A stretch of DNA of 64,000 nt from assembly GCA_008632985.1 (NCBI GenBank), contig QPGO01000004.1:372001-436000 (forward strand). The letters run 5' to 3'. The stretch is from Psammoneis japonica (taxonomy: Eukaryota). Below, one piece after another: positions 36,317 to 48,715 of the stretch (its first letter is position 1; every line of letters begins with the position of its first letter). Made by a program: the position numbers and the translations under genes. Under the pieces are notes generated by a model that was not told where the DNA came from, ran no database searches, and worked only from the letters and a program-made list of their open reading frames with translations.

Positions 36317-39300
36317 CTATAATCTGTCCTTTCTTCTTCCAGCTATCACCATAGCATTCGAGAAGCACATTGTACAGCATTGTGGAAAGTCGCACTCGAT
36401 TTCCCTTTCTTGTCCACCGCAATCCGCCCACAAATTTTCAAGTATCCCCGTCACATTATCACGCAAAGCACATATACTATCTGGCATGACGCCAGTTATG
36501 GAGTTTCCCTGTAACAAGAACTCGGTCAAGAACATTAATTGGCCACTAGCTATTGGTGGCACCGTCCCGTTGAGATTGTTGTTGAACACATAAAAGTCTC
36601 TCAACAGAGGAGGGTTAGAATAGCTTTCCGGGATCACACCCGTCAAACTGTTGTTGAAGAGGTAGACAAGCCGTATTGAATCAATGCCAAACAAAGATGC
36701 TGGGATTGACTCATTGTGATTGTTTGTAGATACGTCGATCGTGTCCAAACCCGACAAGTCTCCGAACACATCTGGTATTGGCCCTTCCAAGAAGTTGTTG
36801 TTCGTGAGCAAAAATTCTGAAAAGGAAAAAAAGAAAACGAGGCGAAATTCTACAGGTTAGCAAAGCAAAAAAGGCCGCCAAATGAATAGGAAAGATTTTA
36901 GAGACATTTTGCACCGACCTAAGTCTGTCAAAAGTCCTATTTCAGAGGCGAACGTTCCTCCCAGGAAATTGTTGTTCAAGCGGAGGTCCGATAGAAAGGC
37001 AAGGTTTCCAATCTCGGGTGGAATTGCTCCTGTGAGGAAGTTATTGTTCAAGTGAAGCTTTGTTAGAGATGTCATGTTGTAGATTTCATCCGGTATGCTA
37101 AGCCCTAGTTCATTGCCACTGAGACGAAGATCAGAAAGGCTTTCTAAATTGCCTAATTCTGACGGGATGGGCCCAGTGACTGTGTTGTTGAAGATGAGCA
37201 ATGTCTCTTTGAAAAAAAAACGAGAAGAGAGAGGACGAATGGCATAGAATCAATAAGCGGATGGCTCCAAAATATTTCACACATGATCCACCTTCAATCT
37301 TACCCAGTCCTGTGATTGATCCTAGTTCTGTCGGCAGAAATCCAACCAGTTCGTTATCTCCTATCCAAAGTTCTCGCAGTCTTGACAGCTGTGCAATTTC
37401 TGCTGGTATTACGCCCGCGAAACTGTTGTCAGAACACCTCAGAGATTGTAACCTGACTAGGCTCAAAATATCTTCTGTAAATAGTTCGCCGGACAACTGA
37501 TTGAATTCCAGGTCCAAAATACGGAGCCCGCCAATATTCGCAATTCCGCTAGGAATCGTCGACGTCAAATTATTGTCGTACATGTCCATTCGTCTGGTAT
37601 CAATCAAAACGCCAATTTCGTTTGGAAGAGAGCCATCTAAGTTGTTTTGGCCTAACAATCGAAACAGAAAAAGTGAGCAGAAAAAAAGAATATCAAGTCA
37701 AAAACCATTTCAGGGGATACTTACGAAGAAGAACTCTAATAACTAACAATAAGTCGTCGCAATCAATACCAAACCAATCACACTCAGATGCAGGAGACAG
37801 CCATCCTTCTGAATTTCGCCAGTTAGTCCCATCCGTAGCGTAGAAGAGCGTCGCAAGAGCATATCTTTGCTCAAGTGTAGGGTACGTACAAACATCGGTT
37901 TCAGTGTCAACATTTACAATCCAATTGAAGGCTTGTCCTTGGGGGGTTGTAGGGTCTAGAAGCTCGTCAGCCGGTGTGACTTGGGAGAGCAGATCCAAAA
38001 GAAACTCTTCACGTGTTGTGCCTGTGAGACAATCGGCTGTTGGCTGAAATGTCGTCTCACTGAAGGTAGGAAACGGCGTGAAGACTGGAAATGGAGTAGG
38101 TCTTGGCGTTCTTGGAGGTTGAGTTGGGTCTGTCGGTCGAAACGGGGTTGGTCGATTAGTTCCACCTCGTGGAGTTGGTCTTGGTGTTCCACCCCGAGGC
38201 GTCGGTCTTGGTGTCCCACCTCGAGGCGTTGGTCTTGGTGTTCCGCCCCGAGGCGTCGGTCTTGGTGTCCCGCCTGGAGGAGTCGGCCTCGGTGTCGCCC
38301 CTGGAGGGGTCGGCCTTTGTGTTTCACCCGGACGCGTTGGTCTTGGTGAACCACCAGGGAGGGTCGGCCGTGGTGTTTCACCCGGACGCGTAGGTCTTAG
38401 TGTTTCACCCGGACGCGTAGGTCTTGGTGTTTCACCCGGACGTGTAGGTCTTAATGTTTCACCCGGACGCGTAGGTCTTAGTGTTTCACCCGGACGCGTA
38501 GGCCTTGGAGTACCACCTGGTGGAGTTGGATTCGGTGTGTCCCCTGGCGAAGTTGGCCTTGGTGTTCCGCCTTCCGGCGTTGGCCTTGGTGTTCCACCTT
38601 CCGGGGTGGGTTGCGGTGTGCCACCTTCAGGCGTTGGAAATGGTGTAGGCCGTGAAGTTGGCAGTGGTGTCGTTGTTGGGGATGGTGTTGTAGTCGGTTC
38701 TTCACTTGGTTGTAGCGAAGTAGATGGAGTTGGTGTTCTAGTTGGCTCTTCACTTGGCTGGAAGGAACTTGATGGATAGGGCGTTCGAGAAGGAGCTTGT
38801 GATGGAAAACTGAGAAAGCGTCCGCCAAAATCTTCTGGAATTTCAACAAGTGGCGTGTCCTTCGGTGGATTATCTGGATCAAGGGGCGTCGTGGGATCAA
38901 GTGTTTTTTCTGGAATATTTGGGTCAAGCGGCTTCTCCGGAAATTCAGGAGCGAGAGTCTCCTCTGGTTTGTTTGGGAGCATTGGTTTATCTGAAGGTTT
39001 CGGCCTGAAAACATTGTCCCATGGAAAGTTAGGCCTAAAACTGTTGTCTTCGGGCTTGCTTTCATCGTCAACCGGCCAGTGCCATGACGCATCGTATGGT
39101 TCTATTAGCTTCGGCTTTCCACCGCGATATCCAGTCTTCTTGGCATCGTATGGCTCTATTAGCTTCGGCTTTCCACCGCGATATCCAGTCTTCTTTCCGT
39201 TCTGGCCTTTCTTGCCACTCAGTTTCTTTCCGTTCTGCGCATGTCCCTTCTTCCCATATGTGGGTTTTCGTCGATGAAAATGTGGTCGCCATAGATGACC

Positions 39301-39852
39301 CATACCATCTATCTTTTTTCTTTCGTTTTTGTCTTGTCCCCAAACTGCATTCGGATACTTTCCCTCGTTTTGCTTCTTTACGTTCTGTTGTGAAGCCCAC
39401 GTTGAGGGCTTCTCTCGAGTGTCTTTCCAGTTGAATTCATAATCCTTCTTATGGTGGCTGTTCTTGGTGTTGTTTTCGCGAATCTTCCCCTTTTTAATTA
39501 CTTTGGTAAAATAATGATTCCTTTTGTTGTTGCGTTTTTCAACTCGTCCAAACTTGAAAAGGAAATCACGCTGCCACGAGCTTTTTCTCAGATGTCGTTG
39601 GTCTAGCCCTTCAATGTTTGTGCTGGTGTCTGGATCAGCGTTTAGCTCGTCATATGACAAATCTTCGTATAATTGTAACTCGTAGGGTCCACCAACACTA
39701 TCTTTCATTGGTTCCATGCCTGATCTGAAGTATCGATCGTGAGTGCTTCTCTCTTCTTGTTGGTTTCGCCGGCTTTGGTCAGGGATGACGGTGGCTGACA
39801 TGAGTTCGAGCATCGTTGCCACCGCAATCCGTAACAGCAAGTGATATTTCAT
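36317..39852 (-). CDS. Secreted/surface LRR protein with Lys-rich and Pro/Thr-rich repeat N-terminus (4 exons)
   Basis: Start MKYHLLLRIAV at 39852. TPRPT repeats, QRYALATLFYATDG..W..WLS..ECDWFGIDC cap and plant-type LRRs. GT-AG introns at 37724-37652, 37303-~37208 and ~36917-36818. Confidence 0.85.
38150..38640. repeat. 27-bp coding minisatellite (PGETPRPTR / GGTPRPTP)
   Basis: Repeated GGTCTT(G/A)GTGTTTCACCCGGACGCGTA and related units within the LRR gene. Confidence 0.85.
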
Positions 39853-40169
39853 AGCGATGAGTATATTACTTTGATATATTGATAGGAACGCAAGTTGCCA
39901 TTGCCGAAGGTAGACCACGACTCGCAACTTGGTATGGTTATTTGCCGTCTTGTCGCACCTCGCACGATTTTGTGAGCAGCGCAGTTTGACTGCAATCCTC
40001 AACGCACAACGCACGCTTTTTCACTTTTTTGGTTTCTCTTTGCATGATACTCAGTTAAATTATATCATTAGAGCATGTATATTCAATGTCGAACATTTAT
40101 GATAGGATTGTCGTGTGGTGAGTCGTCGTTGAACGAGGTACGAGCTCCAATAAACCAATTCAAAATTCG

Positions 40170-43100
40170 TGGGCGGGATGGACTCAGGATCTGTCACTGA
40201 ACACTCTTTTGGCAAGTGGTTCAAAAGTTGTTCGCGTGCATGCATGCATGCATGTGTGGCCAATTTAACAGCTGACCCATTTCGGAGGCCGCGGGACTCC
40301 GCATCTAACCAGGATCTGACGACACAGCTCTCAAGAAGCAGTCTCCTGGGCGCTGCTTTTTTCACAACAAACACGCCCTTTGCACAGAGATCGCTGTTGA
40401 TTTGTGCACAATGACCATGTGCAAAGTGCAGCATTGGCATGGAGTTTGCTTGGAAATTGGCTTCATGTGACAGATTTTGAGATCACCTTGAGATTGTTGC
40501 TTTGTGTGTTGTGGAAAAGATGCCGAGCCCAGCAAAAGCTCTTTCGGGCTTGCATGTCTTCGCTGAGTGGGCCAGCACCCAGCACTCTCCGCACCCTGTT
40601 TTTCACATGAGTGTGCAAGCACATGGGTTGTTGACAGTTTTCAGATGCAGAAATGCACGCGGGAAATGCACCAGTGCCAGGTGTTTGTCACGGGAGCTTG
40701 CCACTGGCAGTTTGGGGGCGCAGCAAGGGAAATGACAACGTTGGTCAATTTGAGGCCAAAAAATGACATCACACCATTGTGTCTTCCTCTGCACACAGCT
40801 TCAGCAGAATCTGCATCATTGGATGCTTTCACTTCTGCTTTTCATGTGCTCAAAAGTGTCAAAAAAGTGTGCTCAAACTCAGCTGCATGAGATGCACATT
40901 TTTCTTGTTGCTCTCAAAAGGAAAGAAGAGCAACTTGCGCCAGCTCTTGCTGTGTGCCCAGCCATTTCTCTGCTTCTTTGTCAGTTGGGACATTGGCTGT
41001 GATGGAAACTGCATTGAAAAAAAAAGATGTTGGCTGTTTGCAAAAAAAGAATGAAGATGTGTTTTCATCCCAGGTGAGAAACGCGCATGCGGAGGTGAGA
41101 CGTTTCGTCTGTCCCTTTTCCATCGCCGTGCTTTTTGTGCGAGCAAATCTGACTGGACTTTCCCCCGATTTTTCGTTTCTTCTTTCCACAGACATGTTTA
41201 TTTTGAAAAGCCAGCCGTTGTTCTCATTGGTTGAAGGGTGCGCACAAGAAAAGCGCTGTCTCGAAAGCGGCATTTTTTGGAGTGAAACTGACAGCTGTCT
41301 GCTCGTTGTTGTCATTCTGGTGCATTTGAGAGACTGTTCTGCTGTTTCTTTCACTGAATCTGACTGCTTTGAAAGAATGCACGCATTGTTCATTGCACAA
41401 AGAGCTCATGCCAAAAAAGAACGGCGTTCTAACTCTGTCACTTGCATGAGAAAAATCGGGGGAACTGACTTCGCACGTGATTTTTTTGCGCGATCGGCCA
41501 TTTCAAAGATCGACTGATTTGTCGACCTGTGTGGGATGCTTGAGTGAACAAAACAATGGGATTGAAATGGCAGCGTCAAAGTTCAATGTGTGTCCAGTTG
41601 TCATGTGATTTGATGTGCCCAAGTGGAGTTAAAGATGAAATGTTGACAAAATTTCACCGCTCAAAATGACCAGTTCTATCTTAGAATAAAATGAAATGGC
41701 TGCAACACTGAGACATCGCCAATGGTGTTGTTCCACTTTACAACAATGAAACTGTCACACTTGCATCTGAGATTCTTTGTCCTCACACACCCTCAAAACC
41801 GAACACATGACGATTCTCTTGTCGGCGGCGAAATCTGATGTTGTCGCGCGACCCAAAAGCATCATCCATGACGACTCAAAGTGCGGACGACACATCATAA
41901 GAATCACAGCAACATGTCACAGAAACATTCTTCATTGTCATTATCCGGTGTCAAGCAGATGGAGCAGCGCGTTGATGAGAATCCCACTTCGCAAGCTGAG
42001 GAAGAGAGAAAGAGGCATCAAAAATGTCATGAGTCAAAAGGCCATCCACAAGGCACAACAAAAAACAAAGATCAAATTTTCAACCACATCATCGCATTGA
42101 GCGTTGTCTTGTTGACCTGTCTCGGCATTCTTGCCTTCTCAGTCACAACATCCGTTGGTGTGAGAATGGACGAGTTCATGGCGACGGCATGGCGCCATTT
42201 TCGGTTTGTGCGAATTGTGGTTTGTGGTTCGAGACATGGAAAAACACATGTTTTCACTGTCATGGAGCTCGTTTTTACTAAGATTTTTGGTGCCAAATGT
42301 ACGTCTCATGTAGAAACACGTAGAAAACCTCGTGATGTGTCCAAAAGTTTCTCACCTGGGATGAAAACACATCTGTGAAGTGTGAGAGAGACTGTTTGTT
42401 GTGCGCCTTTTTGTGTTTGCAAAACTTGTTGTGAACACAATGAAAAGCAGCAAAGCAGTGAAGGCAGCACAATTTCTCAGTCATTGTAAGATGTGAGCAA
42501 TGGTGGTGAAACCATTTCTTTTTGAGATTCGTTCACCAGCTTCACAAAATGTGCTCAAACTGCAGCTGCTTTCTTGTTGCTGTCAGCCACTTGAAAAACT
42601 TTTGGTGCTGGAAACATGCTCTGACACACACACAACAACAAACTGCATTTTTTCATTGCAGCATGCATCAGTGTTTTTGTTCTTGTTCTCACACTGCACT
42701 TGTTTTTTTTTTTGGTCAGAGAAGAGACATTTGAGACCCATTTTTTGCACAAAAGTGGTGCGCACTTCTGTGCTCGCATCGTGTGTCTGCATGGCCAATT
42801 CAACAGCTTCCCTGTTTTCTGAGGTTGAGCTGCCAAGAACTTGTCCAGGATTCTCTGCATCTTGAGCTTGCTTTGCAAAAAAGACATTTTTTTTTTCTTG
42901 CACGGCTTTTTCAAATGTGCTGCTGGCATTCAAGCCACAACTTGGTGTGTGGCACAGCATCAAACAACAATGTGTCGTGCTGGCATTGCCAGACATGCAA
43001 AATGAATGGGGCTGCAAATGACAAGCTTCAAAAACTTTGTGCCTTGGGAGTGCGGCCCAAGCTGTGCGAGCGGATGAAGAGCACAGCAGCACGCGTCAGC

Positions 43101-43290
43101 CATGACCCCAGCAGACACACACTGAGCACGAGAGCACTCAACACAATTGAGAGAAGAACAAGCAGTCAAACTTGTGTTGCTGATCCAAACGAGAGCGTGT
43201 GTTGAATGATCGTGTTCCACAGAACCTGCCAATGCTTGCTTAAAGACGTGCCATTTGTCTCTGTTGGTGGGTTGGGGTGTTTTTTTCGCT
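40170..43290. repeat. TpA-depleted degenerate TE block
   Basis: TA almost absent. Contains the TIR element 41055-42374. Confidence 0.55.
41055..42374. mobile_element. Non-autonomous TIR DNA element (1320 bp), superfamily unassigned
   Basis: Perfect 28-bp inverted repeats AGATGTGTTTTCATCCCAGGTGAGAAAC (41055-41082 / 42347-42374). No clear TSD. Confidence 0.7.
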
Positions 43291-43292
43291 GA

Positions 43293-44738
43293 GGCACGTT
43301 CCCACCCCGATAATTTCGGCCGTAAAATAAATATAATTTCGTTCTACACAAAATTCCTGTAGAAACTCTCGTACAAGAAAAATCGCACGTCTGTTTTCCA
43401 TCGGTGTCGGTCGTCGTAAATTCTCTCCCGTAAATATAATTTTCACGGTAAATTCGGCGTTTTGGGAGCTCGAACGTGCCACGTCACAAGCTCTCATTTT
43501 TCTTTCTCCGCGCCGATGTTATCCGCACAACAACCATGATGGCTGCTGCCACGAACGGACACGTTCATACACGAACGACCGTCCTGTCTACGAAGGTAAG
43601 AATGTAGAGACAGGTCAACAAGACTACGCTTGATACGATCAAGTTGTCAGAATTTTGATTTTGCATTGTTGTTGTAGCTTATGAGGACCGTGTCGACTAA
43701 TGGTATTTTTGATGTCTTCGTTTCTCTTGTTCAGATTTCGCGTTGGGATTCTTCACATACCACATGTCGATCGACTTGATGCTAACTCGAAATAGAAACA
43801 CATGGTTTGATGTTACGGTGACGTGGTTCATTGATGTGTGTTCCGGGTTGTCTACTGCTAAGACTTCGATTTGATTGAGGGTCAAGACCACACAAGGTTT
43901 GGGCATCGACGAAAAGAAGGCTTGTGCTCCGTTGTAATCGAACATGGTGATGAACAAGGCTGTGCGCACTTTTTTCATTGCTCTTATCGTAAGTTAGTGC
44001 AACAAGACTGGTGGGGGTCAACTTTTTGCACAGCAGCTTCGGCAATGTGCCATACAGCGCCTTACTCTGTTGTTTGTTCTATTTTCGTGATGCATTCAGA
44101 TCACTTTGAAGCCGTGGGGTTTGATCTTATATTTGTATCAGTGTTTTTGCAATTGTATTGGAGTTTCAATGCTCGGTCTCGCCCTGTATCCTGTGACTCG
44201 GGGCTTCTCTGCTCGGTTACCCCACCGGTGCGGCGCATAATTTCTTTTTGCTCCGGGCTTTCCCATCGCCACTACATTGCCCTAACCTTTATTTAATGGA
44301 ATTGCAGTAAAGGAGCACCGTTGGATAATGTTGCGGTTGCCTTTTAGAAGCTAAAATGAAGTGTAACTTATACTATAACAGTGCTCCTGTCAACGTGACT
44401 GCATGCCATTGCAAAAAGAAAACACATTCATCGTGCTTTTCTCTCTGCACTTTCACTTGATAGTGGATTGGATGCTTTTCTTCTGATCTTCACTAGTGTA
44501 ATCATGAGTCTCAAGTATAGAGCAATCGCAAAATGGACAGCGATTGTCACTGACAAGGTTCGTGCGTTCGATGCCTACTACTAGTAGTAGAGCTATTAGT
44601 AGCGTTCTCACCGAGCTCGAGATGTGATTTTGATCTTTTTTACGGTTCGAATTCATTCCCAGCCTGACGCCGTAAATACGTAAATTTGGCCAAATTATAT
44701 TTATTTTACGGCCGAAATTATCAGGGTGGGAACGTGCC
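43293..44738. mobile_element. PIF/Harbinger-like non-autonomous TIR element (1446 bp)
   Basis: 47-bp TIRs GGCACGTTCCCACCC(C/T)GATAATTTCGGCCGTAAAATAAATATAATTT with 1 mismatch. 3-bp TSD TGA (43290-43292 / 44739-44741). No transposase ORF. Confidence 0.85.
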
Positions 44739-45309
44739 TGATGAAATGCCCTGTCGTCACTTCAGGCATCAGGGCCTGCTGCAGCTGCTACTCTCTAGCT
44801 GTCCCGTTAGAACATAATTGACAAATTCGGTTTTGAATATGTACATTTCAGATCTAGGCGGGAATAATAAAAATACAGTTATTCGGGGCTCAATTTGTAC
44901 ATGATTTGAATTACAACAATTTTCTATGATATTATGAGCTATTGAACTTTACATATTGGACGGAGAGCTCTCATATATGATACAAGTTCAAGCTGTACAC
45001 GTCTATTACCAGACCAGTCCCGGGCTCTTTCAAATACATATATTAAGTTTGAACATTATAAAACTTTTATATCAGCTGTTATCTCGTATTTTGATAGATG
45101 GACAGACATCAACGGTCAACTCCAACCTAAGTATCTATCCGTTGCGTTTCAAACGGAAACATTGGAAGGGGGGATGAGAGTGATGCCGTCAGTGCCCCCA
45201 AAATCCCGCAAAAACCGCAGTCTTTACGATCTTCTTTCGGCCGTGGTTGAAAGCACCGTAAGGAGGCAGTGCTTATCAAATCGTTGTGTTGCACATTTAA
45301 GCACAAGTC

Positions 45310-47446
45310 ATGTTGTCTAGGCCGTGGGTAATTTCGGCGCTCCTCATTGCAAGCGCCGATGCTGACGAAAAACGCCTTCGTTTTACGCGGCGTACCCCTT
45401 ACAATGTTGACCGCGCCGCTTCGGAGCACTCGGACATCGTCAAGGAGAGAGACGAGTATGTGCAGCTGCTGAACGACAACTGGGGCATCGAACTTGAGAA
45501 AGACGTGGTTGAGAGAATGCTAGGTGATATGTCCGCGTCTTTCTCCATGGATTTCAGTATGTCAACGTTCATGTCAATGTCGATGCCCCGACCGTCTCAA
45601 CCTACGTCGATGCCAGAACCTACACCACCTTCACCAGATGGACAACCTACCCCCACTGACCGTCCTACCACAAGGCCTCCGTCCGGTCCAACATTGCCTC
45701 CAATAACTGGACCTCCCACTGATCCAACATCTCCGCCTAGCAATGAAGACTGTCTGGCCGGGACAACCAGAGAAGACTACTTGTTGGACCTACTTTCGAA
45801 CGTTACTGACGAATCACTCTTAAAGGATCCAGACACACCTCAGGGCAAGGCGTTCGATTGGCTTTCGAATGATGATCTTGAAACAAATGTTTGCACCTAT
45901 CCCACACTTGTGCAGCGGTATGCTCTTTCCACTTTGTACTTCTCTACCGATGGAGAGAACTGGACTGATAATACGAACTGGCTATCGGATACACCGGAAT
46001 GCGACTGGTTCGGAATCGAATGTGACATTTCGAGTAAACGAAATATTGGCGATCTAGTCGAAGAAATTCGTCTACGTGAGTATCTTAACCTGAGAATGCT
46101 GCCTTATAGTTTCATTTGCATCAATGCATTCTGACACGTCTTCGTTCCCCCTACATTTTGCGATTATTTAGCACTTAATAACCTTCAAGGCCCTCTTCCT
46201 TCTCCTGAAATTGGTCTTTTTCCCGACCTTATACTTCTGGAGATTTACAACAATACCATTATCGACAATATCCCTGACGCTATTGGCGATCTTTTGTCTC
46301 TGAGGCTCCTCGACGCAGAATTCAATAAAATTACAGGCGAGATCCCCGATGCGGTGTACTCTCTCAAGGAGCTACGGGGCCTTCGCGTCTCTTACAATGA
46401 GATCGATGGCGAGATCTCTCCCTCTGTGAGCCAGCTCGAGAAGTTGGAAGAGTATTGGGTCGCCGGCAACAACATTGGTGGCGAGCTCCCTGTCGAGCTT
46501 GGTGACCTTGTCGAATTAGGTGAGTGTTCCGTATTGGGCTTGCTCTTTCTTGTTTTCACTGTGCTTGTTGCTCACAGAGCATGTATCCGATTTTGCTGCA
46601 CAGGGACTCTGCTCATTCAGCGGAACAACATACAAGGTGCAATTCCTGCTGAGCTTGGGAAGCTGGAGTTGACGGAGTTTCTTGCTCACTTCAATCAACT
46701 GTCGGGTCCGATTCCTCCGGAGTTCTTCGACAACAAGCAGTTCATGACCGAGTTTCGGGTTGACAACAACCTGTTGGACGGGCCGTTTCCGTCAGAGTAT
46801 GCAACCATGACCGAGATTTCCGACTTTAGGATCGGAAATAACTCTTTCACCGGTTCATTTGGCGACGGACTGTCATTGCTCACAAAGTTGGGTGAGTTCT
46901 ACTACTATAGTTTGTCGGCGGATGTACGCGTGTGTTGTCGTTTACTCACCAATATACTTTTTGTTTCGTGATGTATTAGAAATTTTCTCCGTTAGCAACA
47001 ATTCCTTAACCGGGACAATCGTCGACGAGTTCCAGGGCTTTGAAAGTCTCGATTTTGTCCACCTTAGCGACAACAACTTTAACGGATCTCTGCCGGTGTC
47101 CGTTTTCGACCTCGCATCGCTTCGTATCCTCTACGCCCAGAACAACGAGTTCACTGGCGGTCTCCCAGACAACTTTGGCACCTCGCCAATTCTACGGGAC
47201 TTGTTTGTAAATGGAAACATGCTCTCTGGAGAAATCCCTGAGATCGAGTCTGGATCACTGCCTGAGCTGACCGAGTTTCTTCTACAGGATAACAACTTTA
47301 CAGGACAAATGCCGTCTTCTGTTTGTGATCTGCGAAATGACGGAATCCTGGAAGATTTGTGGGCGGATTGCACCCCTGTCAACGGCGTCGAACAGATTGA
47401 ATGCGAAGTCCCTTCGTGCTGCACTCTTTGCTTCCCTCTGTCTTAA
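45310..47446 (+). CDS. Secreted/surface LRR protein, paralogue of 36317-39852 (4 exons)
   Basis: Signal peptide, PT-rich linker, DCL.GTTRE.YLLDLLS...VCTYPTL.QRYAL cap, LRRs and LWADC...CCTLCF end. Exons 45310-46075, 46172-46519, 46604-46891 and 46980-47446. Confidence 0.9.
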
Positions 47447-47564
47447 GATGGTTTGATCACAAACCACGTAGTTTCTTTGTTTCCAATGCGGCATTTCCGC
47501 ATTGTCGTTCATTTTAGCCTTTTAAAAGTAATGTTTATCATTGCAAAAATTAGGGCTTATTAGT

Positions 47565-48353
47565 TTATTGGAATGTTAACTTCCAGAAAAAGGTCAGCAA
47601 CACACATTGAAGGACTCCCCGAAACACATGCCCATAAGGATACGGTACAGGAGGTGCACCTTTCATTTGGGCGTCGTGAGTAAACATGTACATGTTGGCC
47701 GGTGTCACGGCTATGGTAAGTAAACCCAACAAGGCGGCAGGAATTTGTACCGGAATTGGAATGAGCCCCAAACCCGATCCAGCCAAAAGAATCCCGCCTC
47801 CAATCTCTGCCACTCCGGTCCAATAGACGTGGTAGTCGGTGTAAGTGAGATTCAACTTTTGAGCTCCCGGTGCTGGCACTTGCCATAGCCCGCCCCATGT
47901 TCCTTTTGGTGGGACAAAACTGTACATTTCCTTCATTGTAAAGTGAGTTACACCGGCTGCAGCATAAATCAAACCCAACGGCAGAGGCCATGTATAATCC
48001 CTCCATGCATCAAACCAGCCTTCGGGCAAAATATTCTCCAATCCTGTAAATAAGTTTATTGTGAGGTATGTCCCTCCGAATAGCGAAACAAGAATGAGGG
48101 CGACTCCGAGTCTTTGAATATCATCGGATTGAGCCGAAAGGAGTACAGATGGGTCCGGTCGTTCCACATCCATTGGGTCTGGAGCGGCCCACAGCGTATA
48201 TCGTTTGTGTTCCAGTACTGATGGACGAGTCAGCATCGCGTGATACATTACATTTGAGCTTGTGCGACAAGAGAATCCATTGCAAAGTGATGGTAAGAAT
48301 GCGGCAATGAGCAGCATTCGCACCCAAGCGGATGCAGCATTCCCCATTGGCAT
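47565..48353 (-). CDS. DoxX-like membrane protein, probable plastid presequence
   Basis: 262 aa with a signal peptide ending CNG|F. Motifs [18 protein letters not shown] and AVTPANMYM. Several TM helices. Confidence 0.7.
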   Translation of the reverse strand: MPMGNAASAWVRMLLIAAFLPSLCNGFSCRTSSNVMYHAMLTRPSVLEHKRYTLWAAPDPMDVERPDPSVLLSAQSDDIQRLGVALILVSLFGGTYLTINLFTGLENILPEGWFDAWRDYTWPLPLGLIYAAAGVTHFTMKEMYSFVPPKGTWGGLWQVPAPGAQKLNLTYTDYHVYWTGVAEIGGGILLAGSGLGLIPIPVQIPAALLGLLTIAVTPANMYMFTHDAQMKGAPPVPYPYGHVFRGVLQCVLLTFFWKLTFQ

Positions 48354-48715
48354 GATCGAGCGCGGCTGCTGTTGCTAAAGTGTTTCCTGTTCGAACAGTC
48401 CCTGCATTATGTACAGGTTGCTCTATTGTCGATGAAACAAGGAACTTGCCACCCAAGCAAATTGGCGGGAATCTTTTGTCGGAGGGAGATTTCGCATGCT
48501 GACGTACGCACGAAATGCATTATTGTCTTGTTGTCTTCGTCATGAGATGCCGTACTTTTCGTGTCCGTGCTACTATTCCAGGCAGACTCTCGATGATGAC
48601 CCCGATCGACGATGCCCGACCTTCCAACCTGCCTTGTTGACAAGCGACCGACAACGACAACGATCATTATGACGACAAAAGTACGACTGTACCAGGAGAA
48701 AACTTCAAAAGACCA

